Positions 61,360 to 64,000 of a DNA stretch of 64,000 nucleotides are shown piece after piece. The stretch is taken from assembly GCF_009914755.1 (NCBI RefSeq), contig NC_060926.1. The stretch is one strand, 5' to 3'. Under the pieces are notes generated by a model that saw nothing but the letters and a program-made list of their open reading frames with translations, was not told where the DNA came from and made no database searches. Numbering within the stretch: the first letter of the stretch is position 1; each line of letters starts with the position of its first letter. Source of the DNA: the human T2T-CHM13v2.0 reference genome, Homo sapiens. The translations under genes and the position numbers were made by a program.

Positions 61360-64000
61360 TTTGAATTTCTCTCTGGTATAATTTGCTTTCATTCTAAAGA
61401 ACTTCTTTTAGTATTTCTTCAACAGCATTTCTGCTTGCAAAAATTTCAGTTTTTATCTGAGACTGTCCTTATATTACCTTCATTTTTGAAATATGATTTT
61501 GCTGGAGAGATCATTGTTTTAACAATTTTTACTTTCTATACTTTGAATATGCTACCCTACTGTCTTCTGACCCCCATTTTTTCAGGTAAGAAAGCAACTG
61601 TTAACTTTATTTGGGTTCTGTTGAACGTAATGGGTTGTTTTTTTAATTTTACTGTATTCCAGATTTTGCTTTTTGGCTTTCAACATTTTGATTATGGTGT
61701 GTCTGGGTTTCTATCTCTTTGCATTTATCTTACTTGGAATTCATTAAGCTTCTTGGATGTGCAGGTGATTTTTTAAAATCAAATTGGGAAGTTTTCAGTA
61801 ATTATTTCATCAAATATTTTTTCTTTGTCTTTCTTTTCTCTCTTTCTGGCACTCCCATTATACTTATGGTGGTGTGCTTAATGATGTCACATGTTTTTCT
61901 AAGGCTCTGTGTTTTTGTTTTGTAATTTTTTCTCTTTTTCAGACCACATAATCTACATTAATCTATCTTCAAGTTTGCAAATTATTTCTTCTGCCATCTC
62001 CCATTTGAAACTTTCTAGTAGATTTTTTACTTCAGTTATTGTGCTTTTCAACTCTAGAATTTCTGAACCCACCTACTCCACAAGATTGTTGATGTTATTG
62101 TTTGCTTTTTAAAAAAAGTTGTTCAATGATTCAGCTGAACTAATTCTGTAAAGTTAATTTATCTTACAGTGTAGAGCCTCTAATGTCCCTGCTCAGATTG
62201 CTTTTCCTTGTTTGTATCTTTTATCTTGAATACCTTGGTGTAGCCCTTGGAGCAGCATAAGTCACTTATTGGTCAAAAGATGTGCGTAAGCCCTTTTAGA
62301 CAGGTTTTTACCCTTTACCATTGAATATGCATGTGGCTTGGAGGCCACCATATCAGATCAGAAAGGTTGGGTTTTTGGCCTCATGTTCAGCTAGAGACTT
62401 GTGCAAGAAGGTTATATCTCAGGACCCCAAAATCACTAAGCCAAGGGAAAAGTCAAGCTGGGAACTATGTCAGGCAAACCTGCCTCCCATTTTATTCCTA
62501 AGTAAGATTATTACAAAGATTAAGAAGCTACATACCTCCCTCACAATTTGCCCAGGAGGAAATTCCTTGTGGGCCTCAAGATCTTTACCCTATAACAATT
62601 CTATTGAATTTTACCCTGGCAATGAAAACTAATAGCTTATCTTCACAGGTAGAGGGCAAAAAGTCATTCCTCTGCTCACCTGAGACATATGCATATCTAA
62701 TTGCTTCATCTGCCTTATTACTTATGTAAAAATGCAGATTCAGTGAGCCAGACTAAATTGTGTATTCACAATTCACAAAAAGGCTCAGTGAAAGGCTGAT
62801 AAAGTACTCAAAAGAATGCAATCTTTGTCTCTTATCTAACTATGACCCGGAAGCTCCTGCTTCGAGTTGTCCTGCCTTTCGGGACTGAACCAATGTACAT
62901 CATACATATATTAATGGATGTCTCATGTCTCCCAAAAATATATAAAAGCAAGTTGTGCCCCAACCTCCTTAGGCACATGTCATCAAACCTCCTGAGGTGG
63001 CGTCCTTAAACTTGGCAAAATAAACTTTCTAAATTCTTTGAGATTTGTTTCATATTTTGGGTTCTCAGACTTTAGCTGGGAACTTTCCTTTCTGATAGCT
63101 CCAGAGGGGGCACAACCTGGGACAAGCACACAGTCTTTCAGACTGGTAAGGATAAGTTTACATTTATTTTTAATTCTGGTCTCCCAGGAGTCACCCCTGG
63201 GTCAGAATAGTTTGTTGTTCAGTCAATGTTTTATCAGAAGTTGTGTTTAAGTCCCGTATGCAAGTTAACCTTTCATCCTATGTTGATGGGTTTGTTTTTC
63301 ACTTGGGATTGCTGTCATGTCTTCTGATTTCTCCTGAGTGGATGCAGCCTATTGCATAGATACTGTCTTCCTGACCCACAAGAAGGCTCTTTTTAGTTGT
63401 GTCTTTCCCTGGTTCACTCTGTTAAACTTTTGGTTGCTCTGAAGTTTTGCTTGCGTCATGGAGCTCCCAGCCTCCTCTAACTTAATGTTCATTATGATCT
63501 CTATTGTTTGTGAAAACAGGCTTAGCCATGGAATTCTCCACTTTCTATTTCAAATAAAGTCAGTCTCCTCAAGAACTTTTGTGAAGCTCTTTGTCTTTAT
63601 GGCTTGACTTCTCCCCTGGGCAGAACTCTGACACTGCCACAACAGTACTGGGGACATGGTCTTGCTTTTCCCACAATGACACTCCCTCTTTAAGTGTAGG
63701 CACTAGATGGTGGGTGGCAGCCCTGGGGTAGACTTGCAAGACATTGCTGGTGTGAAAACTCTGTCCTGTGAGTGTCTTGTGGTGGGGTGATTGGAGCCCC
63801 AGGATTCTTCTTCTACCATGCTTGGGGTAGCAGTTTTACCCTACAAATAGGGGATAGATAGGGCAAGGGACAACCAGTCCTCTTGGCCATGCCTACGTGG
63901 AATATAACTCTTGTAATATGTGGCTGGCGGAGGAGGAGATGATGGTGGGAATGAAGTTATCTTGTTTCTCCTGAGGCTGGATGCTAGGGTCAGAAGGAGT
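61360..64000 (-). mobile_element. Old L1M ORF1 / 5' region, split by MER4; runs to the window edge
   Basis: Antisense ORF1-like sequence (aagcttcttggatgtgcagg, aaattgggaagttttcag, gtgcttttcaactctagaatttc). Confidence 0.65.
62400..63067 (+). mobile_element. MER4A-type ERV1 solo LTR
   Basis: ggaccccaaaatcactaagccaagggaaaagtcaagctggg...atattttgggttctca; TSD gact at 62396-62399 and 63068-63071. Confidence 0.88.

Overview
This window is primate genomic DNA, most likely human (AluY/AluS/AluJ, L1PA, THE1, MER elements). It is AT-rich, intronic or intergenic, and dominated by interspersed repeats. I recognise no host protein-coding exon, RNA gene or CRISPR array. The only long ORF (19097-21640, minus strand) is the RT and C-terminal part of LINE-1 ORF2. 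It belongs to a 5'-truncated L1PA3-like copy nested in the same orientation inside an older, near-full-length L1PB. Other content: a ~5.4 kb L1MC-type element, old L1M/HAL1, L2 and MIR remnants, 13 Alus, many solo LTRs (MLT2, THE1 x2, MST, MLT1, MER74-like x3, LTR8-family x3, LTR32-like, MER52, MER4, MER72-like, LTR33-like) and hAT DNA transposons (Charlie1a, MER1B, MER30, MER3, MER81). The best non-repeat signal is a small CpG-retaining island at ~47350-47720 with a GC box, an RFX X-box and a minus-strand ATG|GTGAG splice donor, which suggests a promoter/first exon. Other points of interest are a copy-specific 54-bp inverted-repeat hairpin, two opposed retroinsertions at one target site, a very young AluYc1-like insertion and templated rearrangements at L1 junctions. 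Repeat subfamily names come from recalled consensus sequences, not from a database search. I found no convincing evidence for a new biological system.
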